NCBI GenBank assembly: GCA_964592115.1
Contig: CAZQCP010000003.1
Coordinates: forward strand, 7,171-71,170
DNA: 64,000 nt
From: an uncultured Ilumatobacteraceae bacterium
GTDB taxonomy: Bacteria > Actinomycetota > Acidimicrobiia > Acidimicrobiales > Ilumatobacteraceae
Direction of reading: 5' to 3'
Shown: positions 27,674-40,399 of the stretch, in pieces
Numbering within the stretch: the first letter of the stretch is position 1
How the letters are laid out: each line of letters starts with the position of its first letter
The notes under the pieces: model-generated
What the model saw: the letters and a program-made list of their open reading frames with translations, nothing else
What the model was told of the DNA's origin: nothing
Databases searched by the model: none
Made by a program: the position numbers and the translations under genes

Positions 27674-27687
27674 CCCCGGATGCAATC
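27670..27687. repeat. Solo end fragment of the B-type element (B4)
   Basis: CTGACCCCGGATGCAATC is identical to the outer 18 nt of the B right arm. It fills most of the 20-nt gap between the GntR gene and eno, and contains the GntR stop TGA. Confidence 0.8.
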
Positions 27688-27693
27688 CGACGA

Positions 27694-30870
<3,177 letters not shown>

Positions 30871-30874
<4 letters not shown>

Positions 30875-31824
30875 GTGCGCAGTCCTCGCCGCCTCCGCCG
30901 CCATCTTTGCCGGTGTCGACGGCGCCGCCACCGCCGTCGCCGCCGCCACCTTCACCTCCGCCGCCGCCGCCTCCGCCGCCGCCACCGTCATCGACGCCAC
31001 CGCCGCCACCTCCACCGTCCTCGCTAACGGGGGAGTCGCCGCACCCGGACGCCGGCGCGGTCGGCAAGTTCGCCCCGTTGCGCTCCGACCCGCCGCCACG
31101 GCTGTTCGCCACGTGGTGGTTGCGGTACATGCTCGTGCTCACCCAGTTCGTGTCGATCGCCGTGGTCGTGCTCGCCGGTTATACGGAGCCGACCTACCAC
31201 GACATCGTGCGGTCCTCCGCGGTGCTCGTGGTCCACGCCGTCGCCGCGGTGTTGCTCGTGTTCTGGAGCGGACTGGCGATGGCTGACGCGGCGCGCCTCG
31301 TGCCGGCGACCCGTTACCACCGCCGCTCGAACCCGCTGCTCGCCATGTTGCTGTGGCTGATCGCGTTCGCCGCGCCGCTCGGCGCGTTGAGCGTCGTCGA
31401 CTGGGCCCAGGAACGTTTCGCTCAAGATGCCGACGACATGGCGGTGGTCGCGCTCGCCGCGCTCGCCGTGGCGCTGTGCTTCTTGATGGTGTGGCTCCCG
31501 TTCCAGTACCACACCCGCCAAGCCCACCGCATCGGCGCCCCCGGCCGCGTCGTCGCCGCCTGGTTCTGGGTACCCCTGGTCGCGGCGGTCGGCGCTCTCG
31601 GGATCAACGCCCTCGGGCTCCACGACTCGCTCGCCGCTGACGGCATCGACAGCCGCGATCGCATGATCCAGGTGGCGGTCGTGTTCGGATTGCCGGCCCT
31701 GACCTTCGCGCTGTCGACGTGGCGGGCCACGACGGTGTTCGACGAGGTGATCGAACTGCGCTGGCTGCGCTGGAAGACCGAGTGGGAGCAGACCCTCGCC
31801 GCGATGGCCGCCCAACCGCGCTGA
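30871..31824 (+). CDS. Proline-rich N-terminus, polytopic membrane protein, shorter paralog-like neighbour
   Basis: Pro/Ser tract including 11 consecutive Pro codons (30955-30987), then TM helices. The stop TGA lies in the end of repeat B2. Confidence 0.65.
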
Positions 31825-31924
31825 TTGCATCCGGGGTCAGACACCAGATGCAACAGCACACACGATGTGGGCCGGCCTGGCGCTGGCGCGTCGTTGCATC
31901 TGGTGTCTGACCCCGGATGCAATC
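31823..31924. repeat. B-type nested-palindrome element, copy B2
   Basis: 32-nt arms with a 38-nt spacer. The inverted repeat extends to CTGATTGC / GCAATCAG. The TGA of the upstream gene (31822-31824) is part of the left end. Confidence 0.9.
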
Positions 31925-31947
31925 AGTTGGCCTGCCGGGCGTCGTGC

Positions 31948-33462
31948 TCAGGCGTCGGAGGAAGCCTTGACCTCGTCCCAGAGCGCGTCGAGCGTGGGGA
32001 GGTCGGCGTGGCGGAGGTCGATGCCCCGGGCCGTCGCCAGCTTTTCGACCGCCTCGAAGCGGGCGCGGAACTTGTCGGCCGCCGCTCGCAGGGCGAGCTC
32101 GGGATCGACGGCGAGGTGGCGGGCGACGTTCACGACGGCGAAGAGCAGGTCGCCGAGCTCTTCGACGGTCGCGTCGGGGTCGTCGCCGTCGATGGTCGCA
32201 TGCAGTTCGTCGGCTTCCTCGGCGATCTTTGCGAACGCGCCGTTGGCGCCGGTCACCTCGGGCCAGTCGAACCCCACCTTGGCTGCCTTCTTGCCGACCT
32301 TGGCGGCGTACGACAGGGCAGGCATCGACCGCGGGATGCCGTCGAAGATCGAGGTGCGGCCCTTCTCGACGCGCTTGATCTCGTCCCAGTTGGTCAGCAC
32401 CCTGTCGACGCTGAGGTCGGTCCCGAGGCCCGCACCGGCGAGGTCGCCGAACACGTGCGGATGACGACGGACGAGCTTGTCGTGGATCCCGGCGGCGACG
32501 TCGGCGATCGTGAACCGTCCCTCCTGCTCGGCGATCGTGGCATGGAACTCGACCTGGTAGAGGAGGTCGCCGAGCTCTTCGATCAGATGCTCGTCCGTCG
32601 TCGGGTCGTCGGCGTCGAGACCGTGAACCGCGTCCACGACCTCGTATGCCTCCTCCAACAGGTACGGCACGAGCGATTCGTGAGTCTGCTCGACATCCCA
32701 CGGGCACTCCTCGCGCAGCGTGCGGGTGAGCTCGTGGAAGCGGACGTACTCGGCCCCGACGGGCGCGGCCAGTTCGGGGATCCACAGCGACGTGAGGTGG
32801 TCGGCGTCGACGGCCCGGTCGAGCTCGGCCCACGTGGTCTCGACGATGTGCTCGTCCGGCGTACCCAAGCGTTGGAGGACGATGACCTGCTCGTCGCCGC
32901 TGGCGCCCTCGACGGCCAGCTTGATGTCCGAGAGCACCCAGTTGGCGTGGGCATGCGCCACGAGGAGCGGGCCGCGCTCGCCCGCCGCGGCGACCGCGAA
33001 CTCGTGCCCGTCGACGAGCCGGGCGCTGGCTTCCACGGGATCGACACCGAGACGTGCCCAGGCCACGTCGAGGAACGACATCGCCGGACGCACGTCGCAC
33101 TCCACATCGCCACGAGCGCTCAGGTGACGCACGGTGCGTTCGAGCACGAGTGGCGATCCGGGAACGGCGTACAGGATCTCGCCGTGGTCGCTGGCGGCGA
33201 CGGCGAGCGTGTCGGCGATCTCGCGGTACACGTCGTCGAACGTGTCGGCGCGTTCGTAGATGTCGTCGAACGACTCCGCGTCGCCCACCAGGTCAGCGGT
33301 GGGGTGGACGCGTGTGCGCAGGTATCGATGGGGGATGCGCTCGATCTCGGCGAGCGCTTCCACGCTGACGTGATCGCGACCGCCCGGCCCGAGCCCGACG
33401 ACGACGATGCGGCCGCGCACGGCGCCACGTGGGTCGCGCGGTGACGTCGCGGCGACACTCAT
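31948..33462 (-). CDS. mazG: MazG nucleoside triphosphate pyrophosphohydrolase fused to an N-terminal tetrapyrrole-methylase-like domain (YabN-like)
   Basis: Two MazG EEXXE-type repeats (LLEEAYEVVDA, EELGDLLF) after a methylase-fold N-domain (VVVGLGPGG). Confidence 0.8.
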   Translation of the reverse strand: MSVAATSPRDPRGAVRGRIVVVGLGPGGRDHVSVEALAEIERIPHRYLRTRVHPTADLVGDAESFDDIYERADTFDDVYREIADTLAVAASDHGEILYAVPGSPLVLERTVRHLSARGDVECDVRPAMSFLDVAWARLGVDPVEASARLVDGHEFAVAAAGERGPLLVAHAHANWVLSDIKLAVEGASGDEQVIVLQRLGTPDEHIVETTWAELDRAVDADHLTSLWIPELAAPVGAEYVRFHELTRTLREECPWDVEQTHESLVPYLLEEAYEVVDAVHGLDADDPTTDEHLIEELGDLLYQVEFHATIAEQEGRFTIADVAAGIHDKLVRRHPHVFGDLAGAGLGTDLSVDRVLTNWDEIKRVEKGRTSIFDGIPRSMPALSYAAKVGKKAAKVGFDWPEVTGANGAFAKIAEEADELHATIDGDDPDATVEELGDLLFAVVNVARHLAVDPELALRAAADKFRARFEAVEKLATARGIDLRHADLPTLDALWDEVKASSDA

Positions 33463-33466
33463 CGGC

Positions 33467-34189
33467 TCATCCGAGCGGTACGACTTGCCCGGTGGCCGGG
33501 TCGAACGTGCCGAAGCGTGCATCGACGTGGACGTCGGCGTCGACCGCGCCGGTCGAGATCTCGATGACCTCGTCCGCCGCGAGGTCGGCGAAGGGACGGA
33601 AGCCCACCACGACCCAGGCGATCTCGTTGTCGGCGGCGTCGAGGAGCGGCGCGGCGCCGTGTGTCGTCGTGGCGTCGAGGGTGACGGCGAGGTCGACGAA
33701 CGGCACGCCGGCGGCGGACTCGACGTCGGCAGCCGTGAGGCACGGAAGGTTGCCGCCGGTGCCGGCGAGTTGCTGGTCGATGTTGTGCTCGGCGAAGAGG
33801 TCGTCGAACGACTCCCCGGCCGTGAGCGCGGTGTCGATGTCCGTGGCGGTCGCTTCGTCCTCGACGACGATCGCGGCGATGCACAGGTGACCGCTGGTGG
33901 CGAGACCGGCGTCGTAGCGAATGGCGAGGGCGGCTTCGTCGACAGGCAGCGCGGCGAGCTCCTGTTGGATCCAGCTGGTGATGAAGCTACGGACGGCGTC
34001 GGCACTGACGACCTGGTCGGGGGTGACATCAGCGTCGGTGAGGTGCGCCTCGAATTCGTCGCGGGTCAACTTGACATCGTTGACGCGGGCGACGGCATCG
34101 TTGTCGGAGAACGTTGTGCACCCGGCGGCTACCGCGGCGAGTCCGAGGGCCAACAACACGGTCGAAGAGCGTCGCAACACAGCCCGCAC
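33467..34189 (-). CDS. Hypothetical lipoprotein
   Basis: Signal peptide with lipobox AAGC. GTG start at 34189 (start uncertain). No catalytic motif recognised. Confidence 0.55.
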   Translation of the reverse strand: MRAVLRRSSTVLLALGLAAVAAGCTTFSDNDAVARVNDVKLTRDEFEAHLTDADVTPDQVVSADAVRSFITSWIQQELAALPVDEAALAIRYDAGLATSGHLCIAAIVVEDEATATDIDTALTAGESFDDLFAEHNIDQQLAGTGGNLPCLTAADVESAAGVPFVDLAVTLDATTTHGAAPLLDAADNEIAWVVVGFRPFADLAADEVIEISTGAVDADVHVDARFGTFDPATGQVVPLG

Positions 34190-34196
34190 GCTACCG

Positions 34197-34235
34197 AGTA
34201 ACGAACGGAGGGGACGGGTCCCAACGTTCGTTACT
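34197..34235. repeat. C-type hairpin, copy C2
   Basis: AGTAACGAACG-GAGGGGACGGGTCCCAA-CGTTCGTTACT. The mfd stop TAA (34231-34233) lies inside the right stem. Confidence 0.85.
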
Positions 34236-37200
34236 GATCGTCTGCGGGGACGAGGTCGCGCAGGAACTGCACGAGGAACGTCGAAGGGTCCGCGCCGCGG
34301 GAGAACGGCACGACCAGTTGGCCCAGATCCTCTTTGTACTTGGCCGCCTTCGCGATCCGTCGCAGCCGCATCGTCTCGGACAACTTGAGCTCGAGCGGCG
34401 CCAACTTCGCGGTTCCGCCGGTCGCTCCGGTGCCGTTGATCTGGATGTCGGCGACGCCGAGTCGATGACACTCGGCGCGCAGGTAGCCGACGTCCAACAG
34501 CGCGATCGCCGGTTCGGGAAGGGGGCCGTAGCGGTCCTCCCACTCGATGCGGATGTCGTCGACCTCGGCGGCGGTGGTGACGCTCGCCAGCCGGCGGTAC
34601 GCCTCGAGTCGCAGCTCCTCCTTGGCGACGTAGTCGGCGGGCAAGAACGCGTCGGTCGGTACGTCGAGCTTGATCTCGGTCGGCGCGTTCGGGGCGGGCT
34701 CGCCCTTCATCTCGCTGACCGCCTCGGTGACCATCTGGCAGTACAGGTCGTAACCGACCGCCGCGATGTGGCCCGATTGCGACTCGCCGAGCAGGTTGCC
34801 GGCCCCGCGGATCTCCAGGTCGCGCATGGCGATCTTGAACCCCGAGCCGAGCTCGGTCGACTCGCCGATCGTCCGCAGTCGCTCGTATGCCTCCTCGCTG
34901 AGGACCTTGTCACGCGGATGGAAGAGGTATGCGTACGCACGCTGGCCCGAACGTCCCACTCGGCCGCGCAGCTGATGCATCTGGCCGAGCCCGAGGAGAT
35001 CCGACCGCTCGACGACGAGCGTGTTGACCGTGGGCATGTCGATGCCCGACTCGATGATCGTCGTGCACACGAGCACGTCGAACTCGCCGTCCCAGAAGTC
35101 CTGCACGACGGTCTCGAGGGGGCCTTCGTCCATCTGCCCGTGGGCGACGGCGATGCGCGCCTCGGGCACGAGCTCGCGCAGGCGGCGAGCGGCGGTCTCG
35201 ATCGACTGCACGCGGTTGTGCACCCAGAACACCTGCCCCTCGCGCAACAGCTCGCGGCGGATCGCCTCGATCGCCACCCGCTCGGCGTACTCGCCGACGT
35301 AGGTGAGGATCGGCATGCGGTCCGCCGGCGGTGTCTGGAGCAGCGAGAGGTCACGGATGCCGACGAGCGACATCTCGAGCGTGCGTGGGATCGGCGTGGC
35401 CGACAGCGTGAGGACGTCGACGTTGGTCTTCAGCTTCTTCATCGTCTCTTTGTGCTGGACGCCGAAGCGCTGCTCCTCGTCGACGATCAACAAGCCGAGG
35501 TCTTTGAACTTGATGTCGTTGGCGAGCAGACGGTGCGTGCCGATCACGCAGTCGACCTCGCCGGAACGGACGCCCTCGACGACCTTCTTCGCCTGGCTGG
35601 CGGTGAGGAAGCGCGACAGCACCTCGACGCGGATCGGGTACCCCGAGAAGCGGTCGGCGAACGTGTTGCCGTGTTGGGTGGCCAGGAGGGTGGTGGGTGC
35701 GAGGACGGCGACCTGCTTGCCATCCTGGATCGCCTTGAATGCCGCCCGGATCGCGACCTCCGTCTTGCCGAACCCGACGTCGCCGCACAGCAGGCGGTCC
35801 ATCGGGTGGGCGAGCTCCATGTCGCGTTTGATGTCGTCGATCGCTGTCCGCTGGTCCGGCGTCTCGACGTAGGGGAACGCCGCTTCCATCTCCGCTTGCC
35901 ACGGCGTGTCTTGGGCGAACGCGTGACCTTCCGCGTTGACCCGCTTCTGATAGAGCACGACGAGCTCTTGTGCGATCTCGCGGATCGCCGAGCGGACGCG
36001 GCCCTTCGCCTTGGCGAAGTCGGACCCGCCGAGGCGGTGGAGGCTCGGTGCCTCACCCCCGACGTACTGGCGCAGCGTGTCGATCTGGTCGGATGGCACG
36101 TACAGCTTGTCGCCGCCCTTGTAGGCGATGAGGAGGTAGTCGCGCTCGACGCCGCCGATCGCCCGCTTGACCATCCCCTCGTAGCGACCGACGCCGTGTT
36201 GGTGGTGCACGACGTAGCTGCCGGTGCGCAGGTCTTCGAACGTGCTGACGCTCTGACGTTGCCGTTTGCGCGCGCCGCGGTGGGCGCGCCGACGTCCGGT
36301 GAGATCGCTCTCGGCGACGATCGCGACCTTGGCGTTCGGGAGTGTGCACCCTCGGTGGAGGGGGGCGACGACGATTCGCCCTCGTCGCCCGCTGTCCGCT
36401 CGCGCTCGCTGGGTACCGTTGGGGACGGGTGCTCGGGGATCCACGTCGACCGCGAAGTCGACCCCGTGGTCGAGCAGGAGGTCGTGCAGGCGCTGCGCCG
36501 AGCCGACGCCGTCGGCAGCAACCACGATCTCGAACCCACGACCGAGCAGTTCGATCAACCGGTCGGTCAGGCCGCTGCCATCACCGGCGATCGGGCCCCA
36601 TCCTGATGCCTCGACGACGGGCGTGTCCGGCGATTCGGGCGTCGAATCGATCGACCAGAACGAGCCGGCGTGGGCGAGCAGCGTGTCGGGGCCGGCGTGC
36701 AGGCGGGGGAAGGACCGGTCCGGATCGCGGGCCCACGTCGACGCGAGCGTGCGCGCGAGATCGTCTTCTTCGGCGATCAGGTCGAGGGCGCGGTCGCGCA
36801 TCCGCCGCGGTTCGACGAGGACGACCTTGGCGTCGTCGGGCAGCACGTCGGTGATCAGCACGTCGCCGTCGACGAGCCACGGCAGCCAGCTCTCCATGCC
36901 GTCGAAATGCGTGCCTTCGGCAAGGCGTTCCCACTGTTCGCGTCCCCACGGGTCGCTGGCGATGAGTTGCGTGGCGCGAGCGCGCACCGCGTCGTCGGGC
37001 ATCAGTTCGCGGGCCGGGAAGATCGTGACCTCGTCGAGGTCCTCGGTCGAACGCTGATCGTTCACGCTGAAGCGGGTGAGGCGGTCGACCTCGTCGCCCC
37101 ACAAGTCGATGCGAATCGGCGCGTCGGCGGTGGACGGGAACACGTCGACGATCGCGCCGCGGCGGGCGAACTCACCGCGGTGCTCGACGAGCTCCTCGCG

Positions 37201-37710
37201 GCGGTACCCGAAGTGCACGAGGCGGGCGCCGAGTGCATCGGGGTCGACCGGGTCGCCGCCGAGGGCCGCCCGGGCGACGACGATCGGCTCGGTCGTGGTC
37301 GCGCCCGGCCCGAGTCGCTGCATGAGGGAACGGACACCGGCGACGATCACGGCGGGACAGCGATCGGGCTGGCGGAGGCGCCACAAGATGTCGAGCCGCT
37401 GGCCCATCGTCTCCACACTCGGGCTCACCCGCTCGAACGGCAGCGTCTCCCAGCCTGGGAAGTGGACGACGTCGCCGGCGGGGAGGAACTGAGCGAGGTC
37501 GTCGGCGAGCTGTCCGGCCATCGTGCCGGTGGGGCAGGCGACCACGAGCGGCCGCCGCGACGACAACGTCGAGAGCGCGGCGATGGCGATGGGGCGGGCC
37601 ACCTCCACGACCGCGAGCCGCGCCGTCGGGTCGCCGAGCGCCCGTGTCAGCCCCGGCTCGTCGCGCAACAGCGCGGGCAGGTGCCCGAGCGGTGCCGTCG
37701 CCGCGCTCAT
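34231..37710 (-). CDS. mfd: Transcription-repair coupling factor
   Basis: 1159 aa with superfamily-2 helicase motifs (GDVGFGKTEVA, DEEQRFG) and CarD-like and TRG regions. Confidence 0.95.
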   Translation of the reverse strand: MSAATAPLGHLPALLRDEPGLTRALGDPTARLAVVEVARPIAIAALSTLSSRRPLVVACPTGTMAGQLADDLAQFLPAGDVVHFPGWETLPFERVSPSVETMGQRLDILWRLRQPDRCPAVIVAGVRSLMQRLGPGATTTEPIVVARAALGGDPVDPDALGARLVHFGYRREELVEHRGEFARRGAIVDVFPSTADAPIRIDLWGDEVDRLTRFSVNDQRSTEDLDEVTIFPARELMPDDAVRARATQLIASDPWGREQWERLAEGTHFDGMESWLPWLVDGDVLITDVLPDDAKVVLVEPRRMRDRALDLIAEEDDLARTLASTWARDPDRSFPRLHAGPDTLLAHAGSFWSIDSTPESPDTPVVEASGWGPIAGDGSGLTDRLIELLGRGFEIVVAADGVGSAQRLHDLLLDHGVDFAVDVDPRAPVPNGTQRARADSGRRGRIVVAPLHRGCTLPNAKVAIVAESDLTGRRRAHRGARKRQRQSVSTFEDLRTGSYVVHHQHGVGRYEGMVKRAIGGVERDYLLIAYKGGDKLYVPSDQIDTLRQYVGGEAPSLHRLGGSDFAKAKGRVRSAIREIAQELVVLYQKRVNAEGHAFAQDTPWQAEMEAAFPYVETPDQRTAIDDIKRDMELAHPMDRLLCGDVGFGKTEVAIRAAFKAIQDGKQVAVLAPTTLLATQHGNTFADRFSGYPIRVEVLSRFLTASQAKKVVEGVRSGEVDCVIGTHRLLANDIKFKDLGLLIVDEEQRFGVQHKETMKKLKTNVDVLTLSATPIPRTLEMSLVGIRDLSLLQTPPADRMPILTYVGEYAERVAIEAIRRELLREGQVFWVHNRVQSIETAARRLRELVPEARIAVAHGQMDEGPLETVVQDFWDGEFDVLVCTTIIESGIDMPTVNTLVVERSDLLGLGQMHQLRGRVGRSGQRAYAYLFHPRDKVLSEEAYERLRTIGESTELGSGFKIAMRDLEIRGAGNLLGESQSGHIAAVGYDLYCQMVTEAVSEMKGEPAPNAPTEIKLDVPTDAFLPADYVAKEELRLEAYRRLASVTTAAEVDDIRIEWEDRYGPLPEPAIALLDVGYLRAECHRLGVADIQINGTGATGGTAKLAPLELKLSETMRLRRIAKAAKYKEDLGQLVVPFSRGADPSTFLVQFLRDLVPADDQ

Positions 37711-37722
37711 CTCCCTGCCCCA

Positions 37723-37775
37723 CCCAAATCTGTCCGCCTTGTATCGCCCCGCGTGATCGCACGGACAGATTTGTG
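37723..37775. repeat. A-type 53-nt palindromic element, copy A2
   Basis: CCCAAATCTGTCCG-N25-CGGACAGATTTGTG, with pairing extending outward to about 22 nt. It is 12 nt upstream of the mfd ATG and about 44 nt after the pth stop. Confidence 0.9.
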
Positions 37776-37819
37776 GGGGCAGGCGCGGTTCGGGCGCGAG
37801 GGGGCGATGTCGGACAGCT

Positions 37820-38440
37820 TCACTGCCTGGTGTTGTACCGCTGCATCGCCGCGTCGACACCTTCGGCGATGATCAATTCGACGGCGTCGGCAGCGTCGAC
37901 GACCCGCACGTCGAGCAGCTCGCGCTCGCGCTTGGGGATCTTCGACAGGACGTGTCCGGCTCCGACTTCTTTGCTCGGTGGCTTGCCGACACCGATCCGC
38001 ACGCGGAGGAAGTCCTGCGACTTGAGGTGCTGCTCGATGGAGCGCAACCCGTTGTGTCCGGCGAGACCGCCGCCGGCCTTCACCTTCAACTCGCCGGGAG
38101 GCAGGTCGAGCTCGTCTTGCACGACGATCACCTGCTCGGGTGACTCGATCCGGAAGCGGCGGACGAGCGCGCCGACCGCCTGGCCCGAGTGGTTCATGTA
38201 CGTGATGGGAAAGGCGAGCACCACGCGTTGGTCGCCGTCCACGCTCGGGAACCGGCACTCGGCGACGAGGGCGTTGTCGCGGCCCCCCTTGAGGGTCACC
38301 CCGCGCCGCTCGGCGAGCAGTTTGAGAGCTTCCTCGCCGACGTTGTGGCGCGTGCGGGTGTACTTCGGTCCGGGGTTGCCGAGCCCGACGACGAGCCAGT
38401 CGTGCGGTTCACCCTTGCCGGTGCGTCCGAAGATGCCCAT
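37820..38440 (-). CDS. pth: Peptidyl-tRNA hydrolase
   Basis: LVVGLGNPG..YxxTRHNVG..HNGLRS motifs. Confidence 0.95.
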   Translation of the reverse strand: MGIFGRTGKGEPHDWLVVGLGNPGPKYTRTRHNVGEEALKLLAERRGVTLKGGRDNALVAECRFPSVDGDQRVVLAFPITYMNHSGQAVGALVRRFRIESPEQVIVVQDELDLPPGELKVKAGGGLAGHNGLRSIEQHLKSQDFLRVRIGVGKPPSKEVGAGHVLSKIPKRERELLDVRVVDAADAVELIIAEGVDAAMQRYNTRQ

Positions 38441-38555
38441 ACGGATCAGTCCACCATGCCGCGGAGGTCGTGACGTGGCGGGAATTCGCGGGAGCGACAC
38501 TCATCGCTGCGGCTGCACCACATCGCGGTCCGCGAAACGAGGAGCGGAACGCTGG

Positions 38556-39227
38556 TCAGCCGGCGTCGCCGTCGGCGGCATCGCTCGACTCGCCGCCGGC
38601 AGCGTCGGCGCTGTCGCCCTCGGCGCCATCGGCCTCGCCGTCACCCTCACCGTCGGTGTCGAGCTCGGCGGCACGCATGATGAGGACGGTCACCACGACG
38701 GCGTCGGCTTCGGCCTCGGCGACGACGCCCGACGGCAGCGGGATGTCCTCGACGCGGATGACGGAATCCATGGCCATGTCGGTGACGTCGATCGTGATCG
38801 AGTCGGGGATGTTGCGCGGGGTCGTGCGAACCGGCAGTTCCTGCATCGCCAAGTCGACGAGACCGTTGTGCGACAGGACCTCTTTGGCTTCGCCTTCGAG
38901 GTGGATCGGCACCGTGACGACGATCTCTTCGTTGAGGTTGACCTGGATGAAGTCGATGTGCTGCACGCTGCGGCGCACCGGATGCCGCTGGATGTCCTTG
39001 ATCAGCGTCGGATACACGGCACCGTCGACGGTCAGGTCGAGGATCGTGTTGAGGCCTGCAGCACCGGCGAGCGCCTGGCGCAGCTCGCGGCGATCGACGG
39101 ACACGGCGAGCGGATCCATGCCGTGGCCGTAGACGACTGCTGGGATCCGGCCCTCGGCGCGGAGGCGACGCGAGGCGGCACTTCCGGCAGGGCGTCCGGC
39201 TTCGGCGAGGAGAACGGTGTCAGACAT
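38556..39227 (-). CDS. rplY: 50S ribosomal protein L25 / general stress protein Ctc
   Basis: RRLRAEGRIPAVVYG N-terminus, Ctc-type two-domain length and an acidic tail. Confidence 0.9.
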   Translation of the reverse strand: MSDTVLLAEAGRPAGSAASRRLRAEGRIPAVVYGHGMDPLAVSVDRRELRQALAGAAGLNTILDLTVDGAVYPTLIKDIQRHPVRRSVQHIDFIQVNLNEEIVVTVPIHLEGEAKEVLSHNGLVDLAMQELPVRTTPRNIPDSITIDVTDMAMDSVIRVEDIPLPSGVVAEAEADAVVVTVLIMRAAELDTDGEGDGEADGAEGDSADAAGGESSDAADGDAG

Positions 39228-39317
39228 GGTGATCGGCTTCCATCAGATCTTCGTGACGGCATCCACGAACTGGGATGCCCGGTCGATACGGCAGCGCTCC
39301 AAGTTACCGCCCCCGCA

Positions 39318-39357
39318 CTCCATCCCCTCCCGCCCGACCCTCCATCCCCTCCCGCCC
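39318..39357. repeat. Tandem direct repeat CTCCATCCCCTCCCGCCC x2 (22-nt period), G-run-rich on the rplY sense strand
   Basis: Perfect 18-mers at 39318-39335 and 39340-39357, embedded in at least 9 runs of C3 or longer between 39310 and 39363. Confidence 0.85.
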
Positions 39358-39375
39358 CAGCCCGCGCCGGAGCAC

Positions 39376-39428
39376 CCGAAATCTGTCCGCTTCGTGCCGC
39401 TCACCGTGATCAGGCGGACAGATTTCGG
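39376..39428. repeat. A-type 53-nt palindromic element, copy A3
   Basis: CCGAAATCTGTCCG-N25-CGGACAGATTTCGG, a perfect 14-bp inverted repeat. The DUF559 stop (39410-39412) sits in the spacer. Confidence 0.9.
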
Positions 39429-40357
39429 AAGAGGGCGGCGCGCGATGCGTGGATCCGGGCGATTTGGAGTGCAGCACCGCGGGGATCGCGCCGCATCTGC
39501 TCGTCGAATCTGACCACGTGCCAGCCGATCTCGGCGCACGCTCGATCGCGATCCTGGTCGCGGCGCTGGCCGAGATCGCCGCCGTGCCACCACGCGGCGC
39601 CGGGTTCCACGGCGAGTTGGACGGCGGTCCAGGCGATGTCGAGGTGGATGACGTCGCCGTCGGGGAGCACGAGCGGGTGCTGGCGAGCGGGACGCGGGAT
39701 GCCGACGCCTTCGAGCGCTTCGAGCAGGCGGCGTTCCAGGTTCGACTGGGCTGGGCGGGGTTGAGAGAGCGCGTGAGCGAGCCACCGCTCGAATCTCTTG
39801 ACGCCATCTTTGCCGCGGCACCGATGCTCGTCGAGATACACCGCGGCCTCCGCGGGCGTGGTCAGACGTCGGTGCCACGCATCTTCGGCGGCACGCTCGA
39901 ACCGGTACTGGTTGAACTCGGCCGCGAGCCCGAAGAGCATGCGCAGTGGCGTCGCCATGAAGCTGCCGTCATCGGCGCGGATCCGGTCACGATCGAGGTC
40001 GATCCATCCGCAACGGCGGAGGCGCACCCAGCTCGGTGTGGCCCGATGGAAACTCGCCGGAACCGTGTAGTGCACCGTGCCCACCGACATCGCCCGCAGG
40101 CCGTAGCGGTGTGCAGATGTCCAACCACTCAGGAAACCGCAGGCGCCCGCCCACAGCTGTACGGCCATGCACTGACCGTCGAGCGAGAGTGGGCTCGAGG
40201 CGATGCGGATGACGCCGGGCAAGACATCGACGAAGATGCCCTGCCGGCGGGCTCGCGAGATCGACTGGGCGGTCACTCCGTGGTCGATGCGGAGCTGGCG
40301 GACGCCGAGGACGCCGTGTTGGTCGCGAGCACGTTCGAGGATCTCACGGTCGAGCAT
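39410..40357 (-). CDS. DUF559 (Vsr-like endonuclease fold) protein with an AbiEi-like N-terminal region
   Basis: C-terminal LDIAW..AVE..GWHVVRF pattern of DUF559. The stop codon lies inside repeat A3. Confidence 0.7.
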   Translation of the reverse strand: MLDREILERARDQHGVLGVRQLRIDHGVTAQSISRARRQGIFVDVLPGVIRIASSPLSLDGQCMAVQLWAGACGFLSGWTSAHRYGLRAMSVGTVHYTVPASFHRATPSWVRLRRCGWIDLDRDRIRADDGSFMATPLRMLFGLAAEFNQYRFERAAEDAWHRRLTTPAEAAVYLDEHRCRGKDGVKRFERWLAHALSQPRPAQSNLERRLLEALEGVGIPRPARQHPLVLPDGDVIHLDIAWTAVQLAVEPGAAWWHGGDLGQRRDQDRDRACAEIGWHVVRFDEQMRRDPRGAALQIARIHASRAALFRNLSA

Positions 40358-40399
40358 GTCCGCCCAGTGGGTGGCGACGCGCTGAAAACGGAAGGCAAT

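Noticed and set aside
39305-39365. C-rich repeat as a 6C-type small RNA
   Set aside because: 6C RNAs need two hairpins presenting C-rich loops. No complementary G-rich stem segments occur on the same strand here, so the tract is reported only as a G4/i-motif-prone repeat.
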